Positions 11,085 to 24,689 of a stretch of DNA of 64,000 bases are shown here, piece by piece. The stretch's first letter is position 1, and the number at the start of each line of letters is the position of its first letter. Origin of the DNA: Lama guanicoe. Lineage: Eukaryota. The translations under genes were made by a program, and so were the position numbers. The notes under the pieces were generated by a model. It made no database searches and was not told where the DNA came from. It was given only the letters and a program-made list of their open reading frames with translations. The stretch spans positions 1,006,524-1,070,523 of the forward strand of contig MU053873.1 of assembly GCA_013239625.1 (NCBI GenBank). Reading direction: 5' to 3'.

Positions 11085-13679
11085 TCTTATCCCACAGCTT
11101 TTCTAAGACAACTCCCTGTCCTTTGTACTAGATAAAATACGCGGGACAATGAATCCCCAGGGATACAGCAAATCCCTCTGCAACTCAACAAGCTCAGGCA
11201 CCCTGAGTGCTGTGCTGCAAAAGCTGTCCTTGTCCTGCTGGGGGCTCTTTTCTCATTGGACTGAGATTCAAGGTAGTACATCCCCTCTGCTGCTCAACCA
11301 CTCCACCCCGTTTTGTCACCAGCACACTGCGTCGGAGGGACTCCTATTCCTGGTTGACAAGCTGCCTATGGTGGGCAAGTCATGGAGTCTCTTTCAACCC
11401 CAGCCTCGTTTTCCCTGCCTGGGTCATGATGGCTGGGGTCCCTTCTAATTCCCAGTCTCGCCCACTCAAGGAGGCAAGGGACTGTCCAGAGTGGTGCGGA
11501 AAGAGCTACAGTGACTGTCACCTGCCTCCAACCAGAGAGGACATGATGGCACAGTGAGAAAGTTTGAGGCCAGGGGGTGTCATTTTTCACCATAAAGCTC
11601 TTTAGGGGCACAGACTCCTCTGCCCGAGGCCAACACCTCGCGGGCCCCGGAGTTAACAGTGAGTGGGTGCTATGTCTTCTGCTCAGGTGATAAATCTCAG
11701 CCTTCTTCACAAAGTCAGGGGACGCGGAAGGGCCCTGAAGAACAGCATCAACAACGAGGTAACAAACAGGACCTCTCATTCCTTTATTTGGCTTTCATCC
11801 CACACTCAGCACCTCAAACAGCACCTGAGGGGAATGTGCCCTCAGCTCCGACTCCATCGGGAGGGCCCAGCTCCTCCTGCTTTGATGTCAGTGCACCTGC
11901 AGAGTCTGCCCACCTGGGGCAGCTCATGCGGTCAGGCCCCCTGCTCCACAAGGACGTGGGAGGCTCAGGGACTTGGAGCTGAGACACGACCCATGTGGGA
12001 CAGGCATGTTTTAAAAGACATTTTAAACAAAATCTAGGACGGCTGACCAGTTTCCTGGTTTCTACAGTGAAAGGAACAGGTCAAGAATAAGGTGCTTACA
12101 TCCTATTTAGAGTTTGACTTTAGACACCACCAGGTTAAGGCGCGGGACCCAAAGTACCAATATTTTGTTTGAGAAAATGATCATTCTCACAGCTGACTTA
12201 CCTTAAAAATCACGTTTAATGTAATGAGTTGCTATTACAGTCAGGCTATGATTCCTGCACACCAGGAATGGATGGGAGGAGAGTCCACCCAGGATCACAG
12301 TGGGAACTTGCCTGTCAGGAGCAGGCTTGGGATTTAAAACGGGCCATGAATAATCCATGTTTAGAAAGGGACACGCTGATTACATTATTTCCAGAAAATA
12401 CCCAGATAACTACCTGGTCACACGTCCCTCCTTGCCCCACATTTTCAGTTTAAAATCTGATGAGGCATACTCCTTGAATGAGTCTTCACCTCATTCAGCC
12501 TGGGCCAGAGCATTATTTCAAAACCCTGTCTTTAGAAAGCCACACACCTAATGTCCCAAATTCTCAAAATATGGCTGTTTCCAAGAAGGGCAGGAGAGGT
12601 GTGGCCTGGTGGCTGTGGCTAGATGAAGGTCATGGCCAGAGGGGCAGTTACCCTCGAACTGGACAGAGACTGGGGTGGGAAGGAGGGCAGAAGACAGGGG
12701 TGTCTGGGCAAGGCCCCCAGAAGCCTCCAAAGGCCTAGCCTCACTGACCCTGCAGGCCTTCCTGTTGCCGCACCTCACACAGGTATTTCCCATCCTTCTG
12801 TCAGGCCAGGGCGGGTCAGCACGAGCCCACAGGTTGACCACAGCCCCACAGCAGAATGTGGACTAAAAGGCTGTCACGGTCCTTTATCTACCTCTCCGGG
12901 GCTGCAGGACCCGAGGCTAGACACGTCCACAGCCACTGGCACAAGAACAAAGGCATGAACGCCTGCAACCTTACGTTGTGCAGAGCACAACGTTCTAAGC
13001 CCTAGGAGACAGGGTCGTCTGTGGTTGGCACTTACTGCGACGCAAGACTCCTGTGGTTTATTTTATGTGAACGTGAGCCTGCCTGGGACTGTGCTGCTGG
13101 GTTACTGCTCTCTGAACATGGATATGGTTGTTGCTCCCCAAGGAAGTGCTTCTCCCAGTGTGTTTGAGTCTCGAATTTCCAGATGCGGGGGGCACATTCT
13201 GATGAGAACAGTCCCATTACCACCTTGTGGGCGAGAGAACTCAAAGCCTAGAGGCTGCTTGGGTTTTAATTAAATTGAGGAATTCCAACCAGTAACGGAG
13301 TGACACTCTCCCCAGTGTGTGCAGCAATGCTGAGGGTCCCGCCTGGTACCTCCTCCCCAGAGCCCCTGCGAACAGGCTCCACACCACCCTCCACGTTGTT
13401 TATCTGTTTCTTTGTCAAGCACTCGATGTGGTGTCCCCAGTGCCTAATCTTTACTGTAGCAAAAGCTTGAACGGAATACACAATTAATCAGAAATAACCC
13501 AAAAGATGATCAAAAAATCTCCTTTGTCCCAAACGCCCGACCAGAGGAAAACCAAGGAAGCTGGACTGTTAGCGCTGATGTGAAGGCTTGTGTCTTCAAC
13601 CTCTTACAGGAAGTTCTGACATACGGGGACTTCAAGCAGACTTTTTTTTTTTCTTTGCGCCTCTATTGAATGTAATTTC

Positions 13680-14840
13680 GCATTCTGTTTTTTGGACTTA
13701 TCATAAGCTTCCAACACGTTTAAAATTTTTTGTTAATGTGTTTAAGGCTGCAATCTATCCCTTCATATACTCTACTCACTCATATCTTTTTGATATTTGG
13801 GTTATTCCAGTCTTTTTATTCTTATAATTAATGCCACGTTGAATGAATCTTGGCTTACGTGTCCCCCCCTTTTTTTTTTAGGATGGAGGCCCAGGGCCAA
13901 AGAACATGAAGATTATTAAGAACCTTAATACAATCCACATAGAATTTTAATGGTCCCCATTACAAACCCACTCAACTCTTAATTTATCTGCAGTAATGAT
14001 AAGGCAGGATGACACAGACAATAAAAGAAAAAACTGTCAACAGATTTAACTTCTGGATAAAGTGGCCTGTTGGTAAGCCAGCTGGGAGGAGGCTGGCGGT
14101 CTGAGCATAACCCTCTGTGTGGTACTGCGCCTGCGTGAAGATCTCCAGCGTGAACCACAGTGAGTCGATCGTACCTAGCATACTGATTCTTTGAGGTCAA
14201 GTTCATGTGCAAAGCCTCCTGTAAGACTGGTAAGTGCTTCTCTTTGGCCAAAGCAGCTCTTACCCCTCTCTGAGCTCTAATATCTGTAAAGATTTCTCCT
14301 CTGCTGCTTAACACTTTCTATGATGCATTTCCCCCTCAAGTGTGCCCACCTTTAGTGGTTTTTGCTATTAAATAAAGTAATAAGTGATGTGAAAATTCTA
14401 AAATAATTCAGAAATTGAAAGCAAAAAATAACCTATTACCTCTCTCTAGCCCAGCTTTATAACGCAATAGTGTGGTTTATATCCTTCCATTTTTTAACGC
14501 ATATATTAGCAAGAGTAAAATGCACATGTATATATACACTCAAATATCAAAATATACTTAAAAATGAATTGGATGTATACATTGTTCTCTGCTGCTTCCC
14601 CTCTTAACCCAACAATATTATATGCAGTGATGCAGAAAAATATTCAATCTTCTTACCAGCAACATACATTCTTCCACTGTATGGCTGTTTAAGAGCTGAA
14701 GACGGTTCCTCTGACAGGCATTTAGAAGGTTTCTTCATTTTCTCTATTATAAACAGTGCTGTATGTATATTCCTGTACTCATGTTCTGGCGGCATCTATC
14801 CTTAAAATGAATCACTACAAGTGGTCCTGCTGAGTCAAAC
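13680..14840 (-). mobile_element. Degraded ancient L1M fragments (approximate, discontinuous)
   Basis: gatatttgggttattccagtc...ttataattaatgccac and gacaggcatttagaaggtttc...ctattataaacagtgctgtatg resemble the reverse complement of the L1 ORF2 3' end/UTR. Confidence 0.45.
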
Positions 14841-15174
14841 TGACATCTTACATGTAAATGCCTTGCCTGGGTGCTCGGCTAACCTGGCCCAGGTCTAAGG
14901 GGGCCAGGAGGTATGTCCTACTGACCAGCCCCTTTGCCCCATAAAGCTTAATAGAGCAGACTGCCCCAGGCACAGCTCACACTCAACAAATTAACATAGC
15001 AGGCAGCAACAGAGTTTAAGTCTATTTGTAGCGCCATTTATTACTTTATTTGTTCAACAGCAGTAATTAGCCAGTTACTGCGTGTGCTAGGCCTAGAGAT
15101 GCACGCGGTGAGCAGAGCGGTGGGTCAGGGTGCCGGCCCTCTGCGCAGCTGAAAGGAAACCTGTGTGTGACTTA

Positions 15175-15328
15175 CAGTTGGCCCTCTGTATACTCGGTCT
15201 CCAAGGTGCCTCCGAATCCACAGATTCAACCAACTGAGAAGTGTAGTACTACAGTATTAGCCATTGAAAAAAATTTGCATGTAAGTGGGCCCTCACAGCC
15301 CAAACCTGTGTTGTTCAAAGGTCAATTG
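15175..15328. mobile_element. TcMar-Tigger MITE (MER8/Tigger2-like)
   Basis: TA target sites on both sides (15173-74, 15329-30). Imperfect TIRs cagttggccctc / caaaggtcaattg. Internal aaaaaatttgcatgtaagtggg...caaacctgtgttgttcaa. Confidence 0.75.
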
Positions 15329-15799
15329 TATACAGTTCAATCTGACAACTACTTTAGAGGGCCAGCTGTGTGCCAGGCACCCCAAGAAAGATACAAGACA
15401 GAGCCTTCCAGAAGTATCTGTCTCCACACACTTGCTGCTGTCCTGGGAAGAGCTCTGGCTTATTAGCAAGGATCAGTGTGAGGGTGCAGAGGTCGCCTTC
15501 TTTCTTTCCCAAGAGAGTGTTCCCTTGCAGCAGTATGACCCAAGGTGGCAGAAACCATGATTCTGGAGAATCCGAAAGCCAGATAGTTTCCAGAGTTGGC
15601 ATCAGCATTCTGCTTCAGCTTGGGTCCCCAAGCTCCTCCTGGGGGCGTGGAGCTCCCGGTCCTGGACACCTGTAGGTCATTTCTTGCTCAGGCTGACAGA
15701 GAGGTACATGGGCCTATCCCTCATCCAATCCTCACCTTCCTACGACCTGGGCTCCCTCCTGAGGGAGGTGCCCCACCAGCATCCTCCAGGGGCCAAGTT

Positions 15800-16460
15800 A
15801 AACCACAACCTTTTGCCCTCATCCCTACACAAAACTCAACTGCTTACCAAGTTTTGCCAATTCCATCTTCCAAATTCATCCATTGTTTTCCTATCCCCAC
15901 TGCTGCCACCCTGCACAGGACACCAGACTTCCCATGTGAGTCACAACAACACTCTCCCTTGAGGGTTCCCCAGTCCATCTCACCTGCCCCTCTCCCTCCA
16001 CATCGTGTGTCTCCGTGCAGCATAAGAGGAAGTTTTCTAAATCACAGACCGGACCTGGCCCACTCTCCCCCAGCGACTCCGCGTTGCTCTTAGGATAAGA
16101 TGTGCCCTCCCGGCTGCTTATCACAAACTCTGCACTCCAACCTCAGAGGCCGATCAGGCCGAGCCTCTGATCAGATCCAGGAGCCCCTCCGGAGGATACA
16201 CGCTCCCTCCCGCACACAGCTGGCCTTCACCTCCTCTAACTCTCATGGGCTTATGTGTTATTCCCTCATTGACGACACTGCCTGTGGCCTGACTCTGTGT
16301 TCTGTTGCAGCTCTCGTGACATCACACTGTAATTGTTTACTTCAAGTGCCTCCCTCACTAGAGGGCAGCCGAGGCCTCAGACTTCTTTCCTGCTAAATTC
16401 CCAGAATCCAGCAAAGAGCCTGGCACAGGGTAAATGGCCAAGAAATGTTTGATTAACCAA
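15800..16460. mobile_element. L2 LINE 3' fragment
   Basis: Pyrimidine-rich ccaagttttgccaattccatcttccaaa... ending agagcctggcacagggtaaatggccaagaaatgtttgattaa, a typical L2 terminus. Confidence 0.55.
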
Positions 16461-17934
16461 AAAAAAGGATCAGCTTTTGCCCTCAGGGTTAGCATCAAAC
16501 ACCCTGGGCCCAGCTACTCCAAGCATGGGCTGTAGCTCACTCCAGGCCACCTGATAGCCTGTTTCCCCTGACTCTTGAACTGAGGAAGGTCCATTTCCTA
16601 TCAGATCTTCTTGGTACTCAAGAATTCTCTGCATTACAGACATTTTCGGGATTTGGTTTCTTATTAACCGCATACACGTCTTCTGCTGCAGTGCCTGCTG
16701 GTGGGCCTTTTATTGCTGGTTGGTTCTAGTGCAAGAATTACTCCCTCTGGGCAACCTCAGCCCCAGCCACTGACAGTGGCCCTGCCTTGCTGTGGATCTT
16801 TCTCGGGCCCCAGGCCTCTTGTGGGGACACCTCTGATGTAAAAGTGCTCAGAAAACCAGCCAGTGCACTCGCAGAGTTTGTCCCTCCTACTCTCGGGAGG
16901 AATGCAAGTCTCTCTGAGAACTCTCAGCAAAGGGAAGCTGACCGAATGACCGCCTCTGGGCACATCCACAGGACGGACAGCAGATGAGGCTTTTTACAGT
17001 TTCCTCCTGTTATCATTTAGGGGAACTTGGCTTTTCTTCAGCCTACAAGACTGATGGGAAAAGACGGCCTGCCCTCCCCACCTGGTGTGAGGATTCCAAA
17101 CTCAATGGAGGCCTCAGGTGGAGCAACTGGAGACCAAAAGCACAGGCTTAGAGGTCTCCCCCTAAGGCCTGAACCTCCAGCAACCTCACTGCCAGGAATG
17201 CGGGCACCTGCAACAGCCCTGCTTAAGCGCCACAGCTGCGGGGTCTGCTACTGTTGGGGAGGGGAAAGGGCCTGTTACCGCAATGGAGACCAACCAGCCA
17301 GACCCAGGGGCACCAGCCTCACGCCCACCAGTCTCTCGGTGGTTCTACTCCAGTGCAAACAGTCAGAGCTCACTGGCTCCATTTATGCCCCTCCCTCTGG
17401 AGGCCAATAAGTGAATCTCAAGTCCCCCCTCCTCACTTTTTCCTCCCCCCACCCCGCCGTGTTCTTCACTTAGCAGTGACCACCCAGGCACCGGCTCTTG
17501 AGCATTCAGCTGCTGTTCCTTGAAGCATGAGTCACTGCGCAACAGGGGACACTCTTGCCAGGCAAGGGGGCTTACAAGGCCCATCTCACCAAGCGCCCTG
17601 TTTTCCTACAGAAACCTTTCATTCCATAGGAAATGAGGTCACACAGCAGAGCACATGGGTAACCGGTGAGAAAATCCTGGTGCCAAGAAGGAGGCAGGCG
17701 TCAGAAGTGGCCAGGGCAAGGACCCTAACTTGCACAAACCACCAGGGCTGTCACCTGTGCTCTGGGGGAATTTGTAGGGGAGGGGGAGGAAGTAAGGGGG
17801 GCATGTGGCTTAAAAAGCAGCCTGGTTTCTTTCACAGTATATACAACAAATAGGATTTTAACGAACCAAGCCAAACTTGTAGGGCATTTGGCTAGTTTAC
17901 TGTCACGCCTTGGGGCCCCTAATCCTCTGCCTAC

Positions 17935-18500
17935 GAAGATCGCCACACAAAACGCGGTGCGGGTGGGGGCGGGCTCACTTTCCGGGGGCGGGAGGAGGCG
18001 GTGGGCGGCGAGGGTGGGTGGTGCCGCCCTGCCCGCTCCGCCCGGCTCCCCGCTCCGGGGCTTGCCTGCAGCCCGGCCTGACCTTCCAGGTTTCCCTGGC
18101 GGGAGATCAAAGCGCCGAAGCCACAAACAGGTGGGGCCGGCCTTTGGGGGCGGGCTCCCATCCGGCCTCCTCTGACCCTCGGCCGGCCCGCCGCGCCCCT
18201 CCCCACCGGGAGAAGGTATTTCTCGCCATAATTAAAGTCATTAAGTCTCCAAAGGCTCCTGTCGGCTGCTGGTTCTGAGCTCCGGAACGAAGATGATGCA
18301 TTTTAAGTCCTGGTTAAGATTATGCTGATCTATTTGGGAGACATGTAGCAGCGAGAATCCAGCGGTTAAGTTAGTGGTTAAGGCTGCCTAAGTTTAAATA
18401 GTGTTATTTATTCTCAAAATATGTAGCAGCCCCACTTAATTTCTCCTAATTAAAGGAACCGGCAGAAGAGGCTGGAGGCCGGGCCGTGTCGCGGCGCCAT
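17935..18500. promoter_or_regulatory. Intronic CpG island / candidate promoter-enhancer with GC boxes and a TCF/LEF site
   Basis: Dense CpG in unique sequence. GGGGCGGG at 17966, 17985 and 18147. AGATCAAAG at 18104-18112. Confidence 0.7.
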
Positions 18501-19069
18501 TGCTCAGGCTGGTGCCCTTCACAATCAGAAAATACTGGGTCTCAAACGGAAATGCGTTTCCCTAGATCTTAATCTTAAACATAGACATTTAGGCCAGTTC
18601 CAAGAAACACAATGATCCTCTTTGTTTTCACACCTGACAAGGAGCACCCAAACCCAGGAAGCTGTCCACACCCTCCGTTCCATCGCCACTGCTGGGCGAA
18701 GGAGCGTTATGGAAAAACGTCTGCAGTTGCCTTGTTTCGTGAGATGTCTCTGCCTGCAAGAGAAATTTCTGGAAGAACTCGTTAGCTGCTATCTCGGGTT
18801 GAATTTCCATTAGTCCCACTTCAGGCCAAATCTTATAAAGTCAGTGGCTAGAAACTTCAAAAAGGACCACCCCCTTCTCTACACAGGGCAGCTGACACTT
18901 GTTTAATATAAACAAGTGTTAATTAGGTGGCGGAATCAGGCTTCACAAGGAACAACAGTGCCTGCAAAGTCTGAAGACCCTACAGCCTCCTTTCCACCAG
19001 GAGAGGTGAGGACAGGCCCGGGCTGAGGGCTGAGCTCCCCCCTGCCGCAGCCAGCAAGCTAGATGGATC

Positions 19070-19390
19070 TGGCTCTCAGTCTGGGCCCACTGAGGAGGCA
19101 ACTGGGGAGATTTTTAAAATATGTATGCCTGGGCCCTGTCCGTAGAGACGCCTGTTTCCTCCATGTGAACTGGAGCCCCGACAGCTGTATTTTTCTCAAA
19201 GTTTCCCAGTTTTAAAATTCAGCAGGGCTGAGAACCACTAAGCCACTCGAAGCCTCTGGGAGGCCTGTTGAATGCACATTCCGGGGCCTCTCTTAGTTCT
19301 GCTGGATTCGTGCAGGCCCAGAAACTACCTAACCAGCACCCCAGGCAGAACTTCTGATGAGGCAAAGGAACATGTTAGAGAATTCTTGAA
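19070..19390. mobile_element. MER5A-family hAT MITE fragments
   Basis: ctggggagatttttaaaatat..atgcctgggccc...cagggctgagaaccact, followed by a second similar degraded unit. Confidence 0.5.
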
Positions 19391-21469
19391 TCAGGTGGTA
19401 AACTGATTGGAAAAAAAAAAACCCAAAATAGGATTATCTGATTATATGATTTTCTTATTTTTAATTAAGGGGAAGGGAATCTGGATGAAAGACTTTTTGC
19501 AGGCCCGAAGCAGACTTGCTCCTAACATTTGTGGGGCTTGGGACAAGAGCTAACAAAGCATTAAATAAAATACATATTATTCTCTATCTTGATATGTATA
19601 CCTTCATAAAGACCTGAAAGGTCAGGTTCCAAATGAGATTTCTCTAACTCCTTGGAGGTCCTTGTCAGAATGTGTCGGTGTGGAGAAAGCTGACCCCTGG
19701 CCCATCCTGCATTTCGAGGAGCACTTGTACACATGTGAATGGACACTTCAGCCTTGAGGCCAAGGTTTGTCTACCCTCCTTGGGAAAAGGGGGTGTGCCG
19801 CCAGGGCAGTCTGCCCCCAGGAGGAGGGTTCTGGAGGAAAGGTCTGCAAGGTCCTGGAAGCCAGCACGGTGTCATCTTGGGGGAATCTGGGGATCCTAGA
19901 AATGATTTAAAATGGGGCTTCCTCTTGGACTCCTCATTGGATGGCCAGAAGCTTTAGAAGCAGGGCCTTAAAGCAGGGCCTCCCTTGCCTGGTCTTGGGA
20001 TATTACTACCCCAAAGCATCAGACTCCAAGAGGGAGAAGTCAGGAAGTACCTGTTACGTACTGGGCAAGGCAGCGAGTGCTGTCAGACAGCCCTGAATCT
20101 GCACAGCAAGTCTGCAGGCCAGGAGGTGCTGGTTTGCAGCATACAGCGGGAGGCACAGAGGTGACAGCACATAGCCACGAAGTGGTTGCAAGCTGACGGT
20201 CTGACATCAGCCTCTCTCCATAATCCCAGGCTACAGAAATACGCATGTTATCCTAGGGGTTTCCAAAAATCAAGCACGATGGTGTGTGCACATGCAGAAA
20301 CATGAATGCTGAAACTCAAGTAGTCCATTAATAGCTTATGTAAGTATTGTGTTTCCCAATCCCACAAGGAAATTCCAGATACCTCTTATCCTAACCCATT
20401 TGGCCTCCCTCCATCTTTAAAACTCCCTTTACAAATGTCATGCAGCTCATACTGTCAACATAAGGAGGGGTGGCAGGGTGGAAAGTTCTACTTTTGTACA
20501 AGATTAGCTGCTTTGAAAGCTCATGTCTGTTCCGTCAGAGGCTGTTCCATTCAGGAGGGTTACATCCGTTGGTATTTAGCCAATGCAAGTTCATGAACAG
20601 TGCCACTTTCAACCCGTATACTTCTTAAGGATCTACCTAGGTTGTTTCAGAGTGGCCTCCTATTATATTGATTCCTGTATCTGCGGCTTGTTGTAGTAGA
20701 ACTGAATAATAATAGTTTTCTTATCTCTTAACTTCACACCCAAATCATCAGCAACAGAACCAAATCTCTCCTCTCCCTTCCCTGCCCACTTCCTCAGAGT
20801 AGAGATGCCAGGTCCCCCTCAGCCCTGCTGTTCTTATCCAGGTGCAGCTGGATGACACCCCCAACCACGGTGGCCTCAAGGGAGAACACTGCCTGAAGGT
20901 GACCTGTGAATGGGTGGGACCACCCAGGTTCTTTTTAGCAGCGCCACAGGGGAAGGGCAGGGGAGGAGTTGTCACCTCACTCTGCTTGGGCAGAAATCCG
21001 GGCTCACCTTACCAGCTCTGACTGTGGCAGACGTGACGACCTTTCCCTGCTGCTGTTTGTCCACCTGTACAGTGGGGATAGCACTAATAGGACATGTTCT
21101 CCATCAGTTGTCGGGAGGCGAGACGAGAAGATGCCTGGCACACAGATGCACTCAGACAGCATCTCCATCCCGACACAACACGCAAGCTATGCGTGTCTCC
21201 TCGGGGCACCTGGCCCTTCCCGTGACTGTCTGCGCGGCAGTCCTCTCCTCTCTCTAGGAAAGGGAGCTGAGGCACCCTGTTGGGACCCTCCTGCCTGTCC
21301 AGTTCCCACACAGAGCAGCAGGTGCTCAGCACTCATGGTGACTCGACCTTCGGAAGGGGTCTGGAAATTGACATGACTGTGCTGCACACCATATACACAC
21401 AGGAACCTCACAGTTTAGGGCAAGGAGTGATGCCGTGGCACAGAACTGGCAGAAGGTGGCCAGTGCCTG

Positions 21470-21630
21470 TCAGCCCAGTTGCCCATCGGAATATCCTGGG
21501 AGCTTTTTAAACATACAGGGGCAGACCCCTCCCCGGAGACGGAGGGGCACTAGGCTGGAGGTGGACCTGACCTCTGTAGGTGTGAAAGCTCCCTGGGTTG
21601 ATTCTCGGGCAGAGCCAAGATAGGGAACCC
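21470..21630. mobile_element. MER5A-family hAT MITE
   Basis: cctgggagctttttaaacatac...aaagctccctgggttgattct...gccaagatagggaacc. Confidence 0.5.
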
Positions 21631-24600
21631 CAAAACCAAGACCCCAAGGAGGTCAAAGGAGAGAGGGTGGTGGGAGTGTGCTTCTGAACCCCAACTCACC
21701 CATCCCTTGTTCCTCCCCTCCCAGAGTTGCCAGATTCCTTTCTCAGTTATAATATTTGGTTTCTAGAAACCCACATAGGCTATTCTAACTCAGACTTAAG
21801 GAAAGCTCTCAGAAAAATGCGCTTCAAGGCAGTAAACAATTGAGCTTCTTATGATGTCTGGCTGTGGGAATGATACCCTCCAGAGAAGCCTGGGGCCCTC
21901 ACTGTCAAAGGTCTGGGCGTGGGGGGCAGCGACTATCCCAGGCATCCACCAGCCCCTAGCAGGCAGGGTACCTGGAATCCAGCGGGAGCAAACGCTGAGG
22001 GGCACAAATGCTAGGGGAGGGGCCATGGGCACAAAAGCAACTCTCCATCCCATACAGAGCAAGCTTTCAGGGTTCATGGCAGAGGGCCTTCTGGCTCCCT
22101 GGGTCCAGGGGCCTCTACCCACTGGCAGGACAGAGCAGCAGAATGCAAGTTCCAGAAGAGTCTTCTGAGATAAAAGGATGACAAAAATTCAGAAAGATGA
22201 GAATCTCAGGTAAGCCATTTTCAAATTTAAGTCCCATTTTTCTTCACAAAACACATGTTTTCTTGAATGAAGCCTTCAAACACACTCTGAGCTGAGGTAA
22301 CCAAGTCACAGAGCTTGGAGGCCAACTGTCCAATACTACTCATTTCTCTGCAGTAAGTCATGACAGCTTTTGCCACTAGGAGCAATTCTAGGGATGGGGG
22401 CTGTGGGTGCGGAGAGGGGAGACTGTCTGCAGCGGCTGAGATCATGGGTTAGGCTATAAAACATAATATGAGTTCAACCCAGAAAGGCCATATTTTAGTG
22501 TCTAATTCAAAGAACAAGCCTTATAATCCCATTTCTAGAGGCCAACAAGCTGAAGGCCATGTTGAAAGTACACTCTTGTTTTTCCCAAATGTGTTCCAGT
22601 CCTGGCGCTCAATAAATAGTCATCACAGCGGTGGTGATGATGGAAGGGGAAGGAGAAACACTGAACAGGCACCAAGCTGGCCTTCCTTAGGCCGAGAACG
22701 GACTCGAGCTGGAGGAAAAGGATGCTCTTGGGCATCCCTGCCTGGCGCCGGGGTTGCAGCAATGGTACCTCCTGCTCCTGGGTTCACAGTCCCATCGCAC
22801 CCTACTGCTGGGCTGTAGAGCCTGCCATCTCCTGACTTAGAGAAATGGAGCTGGACCCACAATGGAAACAGATGGGTCAAGAGCCCAAATGTGTGGGACC
22901 ATCCCAAGAGATGATCCAAACAGGTCTGGAACAGATGAGCTTGGATGGGGGTGACGTGTGCTCCGGGCTGGTGTGGTCACAAAGGTCTTCATGGAGTCCA
23001 AGCTGCCCGAATGCAGAGGAAGGGAAGGCTAGCTGGACAATGGCTGAGACCACAGATCCTGCAAATGCATCAAGTCCCACAAGGGGGAGAGGCGATGCTG
23101 GGTGGCCTGGGAATTATGCGTTACAGTCCGCTCCCAAGGCCATCAGATAAACACCGGCTACTGCTGACTGACTCTCCTCTCTCTTGGTAGCAGCCAGCAT
23201 GCCCACAGGTTAGTTTCTGGAACATAGCTTCCAGGCAGCCCCTATGGTTTACTGGCATTTTTGGACCACTAACTGAAACTTTATTTTCTCTGGAAGGGAT
23301 TCCCTGACCCCTACACAAGTGCTTCCAGGCAAATGTGTAATCATAAGTGACTATTTTCCCCAGCAGTTATTAACGTAACACTTCTTTCTTGAACGCCTAC
23401 CATGAAGGTACAATCATACGCTGAACAGACCCAGTCCTAAAAGATTTAGTGCCTCTTAGTTTGGAGCTCCAGGAGTCATATCAGGCACCCTGCATGCACA
23501 GCAAAAAATACTCCTGGAATGAAGGAAAAGAGCAGGGGGTGTGGTGCGGGGGGGGGGGGTTGGTTGGCCATGTACAGAGTCCATTTGTCTCCACTTTCAT
23601 CAGACCTCAACTCATCATCCCTGCGTGGCACACCTCCACGCGTGGGCTACCGCCTTGGAACCCTCGCTCAGCAAATATTAAAACACCTCTTCAGTATGAA
23701 CTCTTATACCCAAAAACAAATATATGGGCAATTATTGCTTCAAGAGGGCAGATTAATGTTAAAGCACAGTTTGATGGCCTGTAACAGTGCCGAAAATTGA
23801 CAAAGCCCATTAATGACTTTGAAAGTCAGTCTAATGAAAGAGACTGTGAACCACAGAAAAGTGGAGCTGGGCTGGATCACTTCCTTTGGTCAATAATAGG
23901 TCGATGACTGTGTCATTAAGAAAAGGACTTCATGTAAAGGAACAGCTTAATCCCAGGAAAAGGAAAGAGTAAAAAGGTTACATTAAGGGAATCAGGGATA
24001 ATCTCTATCAATTACCCGGAGCCTTTCCTGTTGGGGAAGTCTCAAAAGAAGAACAGGAAAAGAGCTGGGTCATGATCCAGGTGCTTACGCTTTGTTTTAT
24101 GATCCCGGTGTCTGGCAGTCGGGTTTGTGGGTAAGTGGAGAGAGCTGGAGCTACAAATGTGATGGAACCCCCGAAACAAGCAGAAAATTGGAGAATGTGC
24201 CAATGTGGGTTCAAGAGGTACCCAACTCTCAGGCCGGCACGGGGGACTGGCTGGCATCATTTTGATGCTAAACAAGACAAACCGTGTACCCTCCAGGTGG
24301 CTGGACATTTGGAAGGACTAGTGAGCCAAATCCAGAAGAGAGACGGTGCCTGCTCCCCCTGGTCCCGGGAGCCAACGTGGCCCAGCTGAAGAGTCACTGG
24401 AGGGACAAAGGGGGCCTCTTAGGCAACAGCGACCTCGACTATGGTCCATCTGGATTGATTAAGTGCCTCTCAGTCCTGGAATGGGATTAAAGAGCACCTA
24501 GTCCCACGTCCTAGATTTGCAAAGGATGCAGTGACTTCCCGAGGTCAGAGCACGCTGGCAGCCAGGGAGGGCGTTCAACTCAGAGCCGACTGCATCCTGT

Positions 24601-24689
24601 CAGCCCTGCCCCCACTTCTCGATAGTCCATTACGTTTTGTCATGTCCAAATTTTTCTTTCTGGAGAAAAATCAAAACTTAGGGGACTAC

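Noticed and set aside
18453..18500. Minus-strand gcaATGG start in the CpG island as an alternative coding first exon
   Set aside because: The frame closes after 16 codons (MAPRHGPASSLFCRFL) and no good splice donor precedes the stop.
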